From sequence record MG976803.1: a DNA stretch of 64,000 nucleotides. One strand, written 5' to 3'. The translations under genes were made by a program, and so were the position numbers. Every line of letters begins with the position of its first letter. The stretch's first letter is position 1. Source of the DNA: Escherichia phage myPSH2311. Below the pieces are notes generated by a model. That model saw nothing but the letters and a program-made list of their open reading frames with translations. It did not search any database and was not told the origin of the DNA. Below, piece by piece: positions 51,328 through 61,242 of the stretch.

Positions 51328-52527
51328 TTATTTTCCTAAAAATAATCCGCTCATAACACCATCCCACTCAGAGGATGGAATCACTGAATACTCCGAACTT
51401 TGGTCCAGAGTCCCACTACTAAATCGCTGAATAATGTTGTAGATGTTGAACAGGTCTTTAGCCTCGGCACGAATGCCGTAGATTAACCTGTTAGCTGTTC
51501 TCTCATTTTTAGACACGCGACGGGTAAAGTTAATCAGAAGGTTGTCACATTTCAGGATTTCCGATTCACTCTCTACTAAGTCGGGGTGCATCACCGGCAA
51601 GAACATCGAGTTATTAACTCGTAATTCTGCTGTTTCATCATTCTCATAATGAATCCACTTAAAATCTTCATCACGGAAATGACCGCATCCATCCCTATAC
51701 GACTGTTGACGCCAAGGCACTTGAAATGCTTCAGCATATTTATCAGCCATACCAACTGTAAACAGTGACGCTGGGAAGATACAAGCATCCCAATCATTAC
51801 CGACCAGAGTTGCTTTCGTTTCGCCCAAGAGGTTGGTGTAGGTGCTAACCATTCGTGAGTAAACGTAAGCCTGAAGGATTGTCCAGCCTTCAACCAACCA
51901 TTTATGAAGGAAGGTTTCCACTTGGCTCTCTTCATCTTCAAAATAGAAGGTTCGATCTAACATCAAATAGAACAGACAACGATCAGCAGGAACATTCTCA
52001 GTTGCTACACCCATAAAACCTTTTTCGTGCCAGCGTAAACAGGAGGGACGATCTTTGTCCACAAATGCTTCCATAGCTTCCAGTACAGCACGAGGTGTGG
52101 TTCGGTGTTCAGGGTTTTTGTCGTTCCAACGTTCGATGTTATTTTTAGGAGGTGTGTCTTCATCTTCATATGAACACCAACTTAAAGCTTCAGCTACGTG
52201 CTTTTCATCACGCCAGCGTCTGAAACCTAACATCTTCATGTGAGTTCCGGAGTTCCAGATATGCTTGATTTTACACATATCCATTTCTCGGCTTAGCCGG
52301 AACTCTTCTCCATCAGCACTACGAACGTTAGCTTCTTCATGCCACACTCGAACGTGCATATTCCACCCATGAGTTGCCTCATAAGTGTTAGGTTCAAAAT
52401 ATTCATCATACTCTTCATCGTCTTCATCAACGCCACCGTTATAGTTGCGAAGCTGAAGGAACCCATAACAAGGGGGGTTGACCGTTAAAACATTACCTTC
52501 AGTATCTTCTAATGTTACTGGAAACAT
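51328..52527 (-). CDS. Hypothetical protein
   Basis: 399-aa ORF, acidic N-terminal region. Confidence 0.3.
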   Translation of the reverse strand: MFPVTLEDTEGNVLTVNPPCYGFLQLRNYNGGVDEDDEEYDEYFEPNTYEATHGWNMHVRVWHEEANVRSADGEEFRLSREMDMCKIKHIWNSGTHMKMLGFRRWRDEKHVAEALSWCSYEDEDTPPKNNIERWNDKNPEHRTTPRAVLEAMEAFVDKDRPSCLRWHEKGFMGVATENVPADRCLFYLMLDRTFYFEDEESQVETFLHKWLVEGWTILQAYVYSRMVSTYTNLLGETKATLVGNDWDACIFPASLFTVGMADKYAEAFQVPWRQQSYRDGCGHFRDEDFKWIHYENDETAELRVNNSMFLPVMHPDLVESESEILKCDNLLINFTRRVSKNERTANRLIYGIRAEAKDLFNIYNIIQRFSSGTLDQSSEYSVIPSSEWDGVMSGLFLGK

Positions 52528-52538
52528 TATACCAACCT

Positions 52539-52901
52539 CTATTGGTTTTTAATTAACTCAATCGACTTACGGATATAAAGAATATCTCGGAAGTTTCGAT
52601 AGTTGTTCATAAATTGGTGCTTCTGGAAAGTAGCTTCTTCCAGCGCTTTCTTTGCTTCTGCGTAGCTTTTACGGGCAAGATGTACAACCCGATCTGGTAG
52701 CATGTTTGCATGACGGATGACATACTTGTGAGCTTTCATGTTGCTTTGCTCACGAGCAATCTTACCTTTAGCAACTTTGATACCATTTGCAATCCAAGCA
52801 AGTTCTTGCTCAAGCTCATCGTTGGACATTCCACCGAGGTTTGATGCAACCTTGTTCAGAGTTTCAATATTAACGTTGCCCTTGATGGGACGTGTATTCA
52901 T
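52539..52901 (-). CDS. Hypothetical protein
   Basis: 120-aa ORF. Confidence 0.3.
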   Translation of the reverse strand: MNTRPIKGNVNIETLNKVASNLGGMSNDELEQELAWIANGIKVAKGKIAREQSNMKAHKYVIRHANMLPDRVVHLARKSYAEAKKALEEATFQKHQFMNNYRNFRDILYIRKSIELIKNQ

Positions 52902-53072
52902 ACTTACTCCTGTTGTTTACACTCGTCAATAACCCACTGATAAGTGGATTGCCCAGAAAAGAAACACTGAATAAATCCAGATGTTCTCTGCGTTACCAGT
53001 GCTAGTGCACAAATCACTACCGCTGCTGCTAGCAGTTTTAAATCTAATTTAGACATATTTCCTCTCGTTGAA

Positions 53073-53100
53073 TTTAAAAAAGGACTCTCCGAAAAGAGTC
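53073..53100 (-). terminator. Rho-independent terminator
   Basis: Minus-strand GACUCU-UUUCGG-AGAGUC hairpin followed by CUUUUUU. Confidence 0.6.
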
Positions 53101-53282
53101 AAGCTTTAAATACAAAAAGATATTACCCAATATCTGTGGATAACCTGCTCTTAAAATATCTATCCGACGGATGTTTGAGGAACACTCCTCGCCCTAGCAT
53201 CGGCCCCATACGGGAAATATATTAAGATTAGGTTAGTTGAGTCAGAATAACTCACATAGCCCTCCGAAGAAGGCTATAGATG

Positions 53283-53750
53283 TTACTCTACCTTAACTGA
53301 AGGACAGTATTTCTCTTTCTTGCTGCGATACATCACAACAATCCAGTTTGAATCACGACGTTGCTTTTTAAGTCGTTTCTTTTCGGCACGAATTTCGTAT
53401 GTGCTATCTCGGCGATCTCGGAGTTTGTCACGCACCTTAGTTAAAAGCCACGTTGTACCAATTATGAAACCGACTAAGCTTCCAGCAGCACCTAAACCAA
53501 CCATAGGAGCAGCAAACCAAGTCCACCATACAAACGTACCTGCTGTATCGTGCCCCATCAGTGAGCCTCCGATAAGACATAACGCTACATATACCATAGC
53601 GGATAGCACTATTAATACAGCAAAGTTTTGAACTGTTCGCCAGAAGTATTCACAGAAGTTGGTCATGTTGTCCCAATGATAATTGGGTAGGTTTGACATA
53701 TATTTGTTGAATCTGTGCAACCAGCCGTTCTTGTTAATCTTGATCATCAT
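53283..53750 (-). CDS. Membrane protein
   Basis: 155 aa with two or three hydrophobic segments and basic C-terminus. Confidence 0.35.
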   Translation of the reverse strand: MMIKINKNGWLHRFNKYMSNLPNYHWDNMTNFCEYFWRTVQNFAVLIVLSAMVYVALCLIGGSLMGHDTAGTFVWWTWFAAPMVGLGAAGSLVGFIIGTTWLLTKVRDKLRDRRDSTYEIRAEKKRLKKQRRDSNWIVVMYRSKKEKYCPSVKVE

Positions 53751-54235
53751 TCGCCTTTCTTAGCACGATCTTTGGCAGTTTTGCCAGTGCGGATGCGATG
53801 AGAAACGTTAACCAGAGTGCCACCATCAACTACGGTAACGCTCTTGTTTTTAGCCAGATCAAATACAGTCTTCTCTGTGCCACCCAAGCGAATTTGCTTA
53901 GGCTCACTGAAGGTTTGGGTTGATTTGGATTGGAACTGGAACGGTTGACGGATTGCATCGATTGCGCTTACTTTAGACATAGTGGAAATTCCTTAAAAAG
54001 TTATGGCTGCGTAGAGGGAATTCTCTACGCAAATTGGACCGCCTAAAAAGAGGCGTCATAGTACTAAAAATAAGGCGTAGCGTAGTAGAGATGAGTCAGC
54101 ATGTAATGCGTGATGACGTCGTTTTTCGTCCGTATTACAAACCAGATAATTGAACCGTCAGGCTGGCGTTGACCGAAGCCTTTCTGGTTGATCATATCAT
54201 CATAAGAATATGCTTTTGTTTTCACTTACTTACCC

Positions 54236-55018
54236 TTACATCGGAGTTAAGATGATCTCTGCTTTGGCAAACTTCTCGCCAACTTCAAGAGTGTCAGAAA
54301 CAGGACGAGGTTCGATGTGCAGTTCGTCCAATTCATCAAGACCTTTAACAGATAGTACACCTGTGGATAGATTCACTACAGGAACCCAGCCACTGGCTAT
54401 ACGGATGTTACCAGAAGCATTTTCAACCCTCATATAATACTGAGGAGAGGCACTTCCGTGCTGAACCATGAAGGGGTTTCCGGGAATGATTGTTTCCAAT
54501 CGAACCGTATTATCCTTTTTCTTTGGGATGATTTTCATTATGTATTATCCACCAAAAGTTCTGCCGACACAGGAATAACTCGACAATAAATAGAAGGTGC
54601 TGTTACATTGCCATCAGACAGACGAAGAGTGATTGATCTGTCAGAGTTGATAGTAACGTTTGGACTTGCAGACACAGACCCTTTGACATACAGGGTTGCA
54701 TTGTCAGGAAACTTAAACACAGCTCCGCTGGGAAGTGAGTTGAGGTCAACTGTAGTCACTTCTTCTTTCTTGTGAGTAATCTTCATATTATTTACCCTGA
54801 ATAATAAGTTTAGATTCGAACAGATCAACAGTATTGGACAAAGGGACAGGAAAGAAAATATCTTTAGGGTTCCGAACACACATTGCAGAATGCTCCCCTG
54901 TTTTTATCCAGAATTTAGGGACTACATCGTCACCAGTAAAACGAAAAACATCTCCATTCTCCAAGTCAGAGAAAGTCTTGGAGGGTGTTTTGCTTTTTGG
55001 TACTAGCTCAAAATTCAT
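54236..55018 (-). CDS. Three tandem small paralogous ORFs (54788-55018, 54538-54879, 54236-54538)
   Basis: Shared hydrophobic-x-G-(D/A/S)-V-F motif about 20-30 residues from N-terminus. Confidence 0.35.
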
Positions 55019-55026
55019 CTTGATTC

Positions 55027-55338
55027 CTATTTAAGTTTGAGGCTAATGTTAAGGTGCATACATGCTCTGTTCTGTACAGCAGCATAACTTCTACCGAGCA
55101 TGTCAGCCATTCTCTGAATAGACATGAACCCAGCATTACGGATAAGGAACTGGTCCTCTTCTTCAGACCATTTAACTCGGATTGAAGCTCTTGATATGCC
55201 GAATTTAGTGCAAGCTGTGTTAACAGCATTCTCCGTTACATTCATAATCTGAGCTACTTCTTGAACCGAGTACTCTTTGATTAGTCTCCGAAGATTTTCA
55301 ATCTGCATCGGAGTCCATATAGTTCTTCGTGCTTTCAT
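55027..55338 (-). CDS. Myb/SANT-like helix-turn-helix DNA-binding regulator
   Basis: Two W...EED...L repeats (WTPMQIENLRRL and WSEEEDQFLIRN) with HTH-like segments. Confidence 0.4.
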   Translation of the reverse strand: MKARRTIWTPMQIENLRRLIKEYSVQEVAQIMNVTENAVNTACTKFGISRASIRVKWSEEEDQFLIRNAGFMSIQRMADMLGRSYAAVQNRACMHLNISLKLK

Positions 55339-56600
55339 ACATCCTCCAATTAATTGTTAAAACTATCAGGGGAGAACACTAGCTCTGGGCCACGCTGTAG
55401 ATATCGGCCTACCTTCCACAGCTAATCAGCTAATATACTCCCCTAATAGTTTATGAATAGGGGGAGGGGACGAATCCTCCCTTATCCTATTAGTTAATAT
55501 TGCATGTAAGATCTAACAATCGGTTGCCTTTGTAGGAATAAGCGTAAAGCCAATCCAGCACTAAACTCCCGCCCCCTTAGTGGGCTGGGTTATTAAAGGG
55601 TAACGCCCTTATGGGCTAGTTACATGAATGTTAGTTTGATAGGAGATCTGAAGTCCTATCTCAAAGGACTCTCGTAAGAATCCTTCACGATATTACTTAT
55701 TCATCTCTCGTCGGCTATCTCTCCAAGCCAACCAAGTGTAGGTTTTCAGTTCTTCAAAGTCTTCTGGAGAGAATAGATACTCTTTGAAGGTGTTCCCAAA
55801 CCACTCTAAAAATTCTTCAGTCATGAGTCCTCATACAGTGATCTGAGTCGTTTGAACGAGCTGAGTTTCAGGAGCTTCTGAGTCATGCCAGGATGTCGTA
55901 GTCGTGATGTTTTTAGTGAGGACCAATTCAGAACTTACGAGCACCACAGCAAGGAGAGTTGACATAAGAGTAACCAGCTTGTGTATTCTTGATTGTTTGC
56001 TTAGACATTTGAGCTTCCTCTTGTTAGTTTAGGTAAACCACCCCAATCACTGCTGCACTCATTCATGTGGAATGCAGATGGGAAAAGTAATTAAAGGTGA
56101 TTTACCTAAAACAACAAAGGCCACCCGAAGCCAGCTAAGCTACTGACATTGCATGAATCCAAAAGCCTTCCAGTTTCAGAGCACCATTAGCTACTGCATC
56201 CATACGTTCAGGGCGGTTCATACGTTTGGTTGATACTTTCATACCTATCTCTCTTTGTTAGTGGAGGCATTATTGCCAGTTGATATAAGGGATAGCCCTA
56301 GTCAGTAGACTAATCCTGACCGCGTACTCATTGCCGACCTTCTCTGCCTAAGAGTTCAGGTTCTAGAGCTATCTCTTATTCCAACTGGTGAAGACTCCCT
56401 ACCCCTAGGAAGTCTCCTGAATCCCAAACTAATACGTACCCCTACATATCAGAAAGTCTTTCGAAAATTAACAGGTTTTAGTCTAGCACCGGATGTTCGA
56501 GCAAGCTCTCCCTAGCGGTGTGGCATATGCCTGAATTAATAAGTTAATGAGGAACACCCTCACATAGCCCTCTGATAAACACAAGGGCTATAAGTCGATG

Positions 56601-57620
56601 TTACTTTTGAGTCAAACACAGATCGGGACGTGGCATAACAGTGGTTGATAGACCGAAGACTTCAACATAACCGCTGCTCAAGTTAGCAGCCTTACGCAAA
56701 CCGTCAGAGGTCTTATCTTCTAGCATCAGCCAGAAACGTTTATCGTAAGAGAAAACATCACCGCCCTTAACATCTTCTGCATTTGCATATTTAGGATAAT
56801 CAACTACTTTAATTTCCATTCACTTACCTTTATTAGTAATTACTGCATCTGGGATAAGGATTACAGGAAGATTTGAATTAAGCTTCATAACCTGATTAGT
56901 TCTTAAACCAAGCACAACTGTTCCAGAATCTTTCCTGTTCGACTCGGTTACGTGTGGAGTGAATAAACTAACAACCAAATAGTGATCGACGCATGTAGAT
57001 TTAACTTGGAATACATCTCCAAGCTTTAAATCACCCACTGTAAGATCTGGGTCTTTCATCTCAAGATCAATCTTCATCTTTAGCCTCTATGTTGGTTATG
57101 TGAAGATCACTACGTACTTGGCAGACTTCATCCCGTTTAAAAGGCATGAGCTTTCCAGTTACCACATCAACACAGTTGACATAATTGTCTGCGTACAATG
57201 TGTCGGTTCTGATGTAAAGGGATTCTTTACGCTCAAACAGAACCCCCGGCTTCATGTTATTTAAGCGAAGCATTGTACGATCGGATTTAATATTAACTTT
57301 CATCTTTAATCCACCTTATTGGTAAGTCGAGCATTATCAACTACCTGAACAACAGTATCTTTTCTCAACATTGTTATTCTATCCGAAGTGAGATCTACTA
57401 CTACTCTTTCGTCAGGCTTCCAACTAGCTGAATAAACGGTTGAGGAATCTAGCTTTACTGTAAGATATATTTTATTTTTAGGTGGAACAGTTTCAAAAAC
57501 ACTCCCCACCTTCAGGTCTTTCAGTTGCTTGACTACAGGGGCTGTATTAATATCATGCTTCATTGTTAATCTCCTGCTGTTTAGCAATAGCCACTCGCAA
57601 GTCTTCATTAGCACGAGCAA
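56601..57620 (-). CDS. Four tandem small paralogous ORFs (57306-57620, 57067-57303, 56820-57077, 56601-56819)
   Basis: Each 70-105 aa with (D/N)(L/V/M)K.G(D/S/V)(V/L)F motif; same family as 54236-55018. Confidence 0.35.
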
Positions 57621-58048
57621 GGCGTAACACTTCGTGGTTGAGGTTCTGAAGACGCTTGTTTCTGTCCTCTACTTGCATAATAAGATCGTTAAGTGTTACT
57701 TTAACTTTCTCATTATACATCTCATCCACTCGAACTAGGGATTTATACATTCTTTCCCAGCTTGCTGCTTTGTTTCTGAGAACAATAAATCCTAGAACAC
57801 TGATAGTTAAACAGCTTACAAAAAGGAATTTATATACTTCTAAAGTCATATTATTTACCCTTTATCAGAGATTAAAAGTAATATTATTTAAGTAAGTTAT
57901 ATTTAGTAAACTTATTTTCTAAGAAATTTTCAAAGGGTCTATATACAGAGCATTACCCATAGTCCCAGAATACTACCATCTTTTTCAATAAATTTACTAA
58001 GTGGTTGGTTTATAAAGGAATTTAGTTTGTCAAATCTGGCACTAGTGA

Positions 58049-58438
58049 TTATTCCCTAGAGCTGTTATCGAACACTAAATCACCACAATACATAGGATTG
58101 GCATACCATTTTGGCACCCCTTCGCTCTTACTCTGAAAGTAAGTCCCACTATACAGCGGAACATAATTCTTCTTAAGGGCACGTTTAGCAAGTCGCTCGC
58201 TTTCTCCAATGGCTTGCTTAGTCATCGGATTTTTATCACGAATCAGCTTTACATAACGTTTATAAGGTTTCTCCTGTTTTAATAGTACCGGAATCCACTC
58301 AAACTGGTTCTTTTGTCTTATCACCTGTTCAGCGGTCAGTTTTCGTTGGGCCATTCTATTTATCACGGTATCCGCAACTAAAGCCTTACATGCGGTTGGC
58401 TGATTCCCTGCCTCATAATAAATAGTCAATGTCAACAT
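58049..58438 (-). CDS. Cell-wall hydrolase (SleB/CwlJ-like)
   Basis: IYYEAGNQP...CKALVADTVINRM resembles the hydrolase_2 pattern (EA.GE...A...V..NR); RBS AACAGGAGG. Confidence 0.45.
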   Translation of the reverse strand: MLTLTIYYEAGNQPTACKALVADTVINRMAQRKLTAEQVIRQKNQFEWIPVLLKQEKPYKRYVKLIRDKNPMTKQAIGESERLAKRALKKNYVPLYSGTYFQSKSEGVPKWYANPMYCGDLVFDNSSRE

Positions 58439-58487
58439 TAGCTGTGCCGTTGTTATCAGAACTTGATACCTCCTGTTTTACGGGCAT

Positions 58488-58513
58488 AAAAAAGCCCCAG
58501 CCGTAGCCGGGGC
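58488..58513 (-). terminator. Rho-independent terminator (second of two tandem hairpins; the other at 58580-58606)
   Basis: Minus-strand GCCCCGGC-UACG-GCUGGGGC followed by U6. Confidence 0.6.
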
Positions 58514-58824
58514 AAACCTGAAAGCAACACATGACCGTTGCTATAAATACACTCGCAAATGCACTTACAGCAACGCAAAAAGCCGCTCAAAGGCGGCTAT
58601 GCGGAAGCTTCAAATGGGGAGAGGGCACGACGCGACAGAAAGAGCGTCATAGTACTAAAAAGAGAGGCTATTGGAGAGGTTACTTATTGCCTTCCTTAAT
58701 GCCTTGTTTTCTTGTTTAACCAATTCGTTTTCTTCTTGCAAGGATGCTACCAGATGGACCAGAACATCAACTACTGCATCACCTTGCCGCATCTCTCTGA
58801 CTTTATTTAGAATCTCTGAATAAA

Positions 58825-59268
58825 TCATTTTACCCTCGCCTCTTTGATGGGGTCGATGTATTTCTCAACGCCCCACTTGTGTTTACTATCTGCGTAGAAA
58901 ACATCAGGTGCACATTGGCTTGTTTTAGGGAAGGCTTGCGGGTCTTTCGTGCTCCCCTTAAACTTCTGTTTACCTCGAGTGCGACCATTACAGAAGATTT
59001 CTAACTTCTTCTCTTCTTCTGTTTTAGCTCCCCCGCTCTGTAACAAAGAACGTTTATGATCAGCCAACAACAACGCATCAGCCCGATGGACACGATGGCC
59101 TACACGCTTTGCCACACTGGAAGGAACATGGGATTCAGCCTCAGCCTTTGCAGCACGACGTTTTAAACTACGCTTACTAACGTGATTAGTTGCCTTCGGT
59201 TTCTCTTTCTCTAGTTCAGAGATAGCAAAACAACGACCGCCCTTCATGCTGATTTTAGATTTAGCCAC
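58825..59268 (-). CDS. Basic hypothetical protein
   Basis: 147 aa, K/R-rich. Confidence 0.3.
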   Translation of the reverse strand: MAKSKISMKGGRCFAISELEKEKPKATNHVSKRSLKRRAAKAEAESHVPSSVAKRVGHRVHRADALLLADHKRSLLQSGGAKTEEEKKLEIFCNGRTRGKQKFKGSTKDPQAFPKTSQCAPDVFYADSKHKWGVEKYIDPIKEARVK

Positions 59269-59385
59269 AATCTTATTCCTTTCAGTGATAAGTTATATCG
59301 GGCAAGCCCATCAAGGCGATAGGCTTGAACAAATAACTTAATCAAGTAAACTAAACGATTTCCAACTCTTTTTTACGGTGCCCGA

Positions 59386-59688
59386 TTATCTACGTTGCGA
59401 TCTTTTGCTGATGGCAGTCTTTAAGTCGCTAGTCGGTAGTCGGGTATCTTTACTGTCTTTAGTCGTAGTCGTAAATGCGTACTTTGTCAAAAGTCGTGCA
59501 TGTGATTGAGCAAATGACGCTTTAACAGCCATTTTCCTAACTTCTTCTTTACGCTGGTTAGTGTGTACAGTATCCCAATGATTGTTATCACGTTGGCGCT
59601 GTAATATCTTACTACATTTGCGATGGTTTCCCGTGCTGCGATGTTTCTCGCAAATAGGACACTTGCCAAAATTATTACTGAATATCAT
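59386..59688 (-). CDS. Cys/His-containing small protein (possible zinc-binding)
   Basis: CPIC...H...C spacing in first 30 residues. Confidence 0.3.
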   Translation of the reverse strand: MIFSNNFGKCPICEKHRSTGNHRKCSKILQRQRDNNHWDTVHTNQRKEEVRKMAVKASFAQSHARLLTKYAFTTTTKDSKDTRLPTSDLKTAISKRSQRR

Positions 59689-59944
59689 TTTCTCAATCCC
59701 AACTTTCTTAAGATACGGCCTAACGTTGTTTCTTGCGTGATAATATAGCTGATTGCTTCACGTTCCAATGTTTCAATCTTCATTGGTGACGGATACCATT
59801 CACCGGTAATAACACATTTACATTCAACGCCATACTTTTTAGATAGGCGGTAATGTTGACCGTTGACAAGATTCCTATAGATCGTGGTATGTGTAATTAA
59901 CATGATCGTCACCTTTGATTAGATTCTTTGATTAATGCACTGAA

Positions 59945-59979
59945 TCAATGCACTGATAAAAGAAAAGGCGCTACCCGTT
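59945..59979 (-). terminator. Rho-independent terminator
   Basis: Minus-strand GGCGCUA-loop-UAGCGCC followed by UUUUCUUUU. Confidence 0.55.
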
Positions 59980-60014
59980 AAGATAGCGCCTTATGTTTAT
60001 TTAAATTGTCTTAC

Positions 60015-61242
60015 TTATGCCGCTTGACGTGCCGCCATAATCTCAGCCGCTTTGCGCAGTACTTCTTCCTCTTCTGCTTTCGCCGCTTGTTCACTACGGA
60101 TTGCAACCGTTGAAGAGATACGACCGCGCAGGTTATCTAATTTTTCCTGCATTTTGGCAATGGTGGATTCCATTTCATCAGCGTATGAATCGAGTGATTC
60201 TAATTCCTTGCTTGATGCGTTCATCAGATAATCATCCGAGATCGCTACCGTTGAGGCCGTGACTTTCTTGATGAGTGAATCAAAGGACTTTTTAACCTTC
60301 CCAACTTCTTCACTCAGGGCGATAGTGTTATCGCTAGTTGCGCCGTTGCGCTCATCAGCCAGTAATTTGGCTTCAATACGGATTGCATTCAAACGTTCGA
60401 CTAAAGCGTAAATATCTTGGTTAAAATCTTCCTTGTTTTTCGCCGGTATTTGCAGGTGTGCCACTACGTTGTCATTGCAACCCTTGTAAAAGTTAGGATT
60501 ATCGACTTCAATTTCACGACCTAGTGCAAAATTTTCGAAAGCATTTGACCAGCGAGCGCGGTTTAGTACCATTTTGGATTTAATTTGCGCTACTTTCGCA
60601 TCTTCTTTAGCTTTCGCCTCACCTTCCAGAATAAACCACTATTTACGAACATATGCGTCCCGTGTACCCGTCGTTTACTTGACTGGCTTTGTCATGCGTA
60701 TTTTGTCGTACGTGACTGTTTTCGTACGTTGCGTGCATGCGTTTTGTCAAAATGTTTTTCGCCGGTATTTGCAGGTGTGCCACTACGTTGTCATTGCAAC
60801 CCTTGTAAAAGTTAGGATTATCGACTTCAATTTCACGACCTAGTGCAAAATTTTCGAAAGCATTTGACCAGCGAGCGCGGTTTTGTTCCATTTTGGTTTT
60901 AATTTGCGCTTCTTTCGCATCTTCTTTAGCTTTCGCCTCACCTTCCAGATTAATCCACTTTTTACGACCATTTGCCGCATCGGTGTTAAACTTGATAGGA
61001 GTTAAGAAAGTAATTGCGGTAGCGATAACATCCATATCACGGAAACGTTCAGTTAACAGGAAGTCAACCGCCGCCTGCAATACATCTAACTTCTTACCGT
61101 TGCTACGAAAGTGCTGCAAATGCCCTAACAGGAAGTTAGAAACATCTTGTTTGATCGCCGCGTTATTACTGCGAATGTTGTTAGCCAGAGCATTAAAACC
61201 GGATTCGTTAACCAGAGTAAAGATTTTAGCCATAATATTCAC
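60015..61242 (-). CDS. Hypothetical protein, interrupted by 102-bp insert and 217-bp duplicated segment
   Basis: ORFs 60643-61242 and 60015-60572 share a duplicated RARWSNAFENFALGREIEVDNPNFYKGCNDNVVAHLQIPAKN segment. Confidence 0.4.
60651..60752. other. Insert flanked by 217-bp direct repeats (60434-60650 and 60753-60969) that differ at 8 positions
   Basis: Base-by-base comparison of the two copies. Confidence 0.6.

Noticed and set aside
60434-60969. Diversity-generating retroelement (template and variable repeat pair)
   Set aside because: No reverse transcriptase ORF in the window, the variable copy is not at a recognisable C-terminal receptor-binding domain, and 7 of 8 substitutions are the same A/T change; kept only as a curiosity in the findings.
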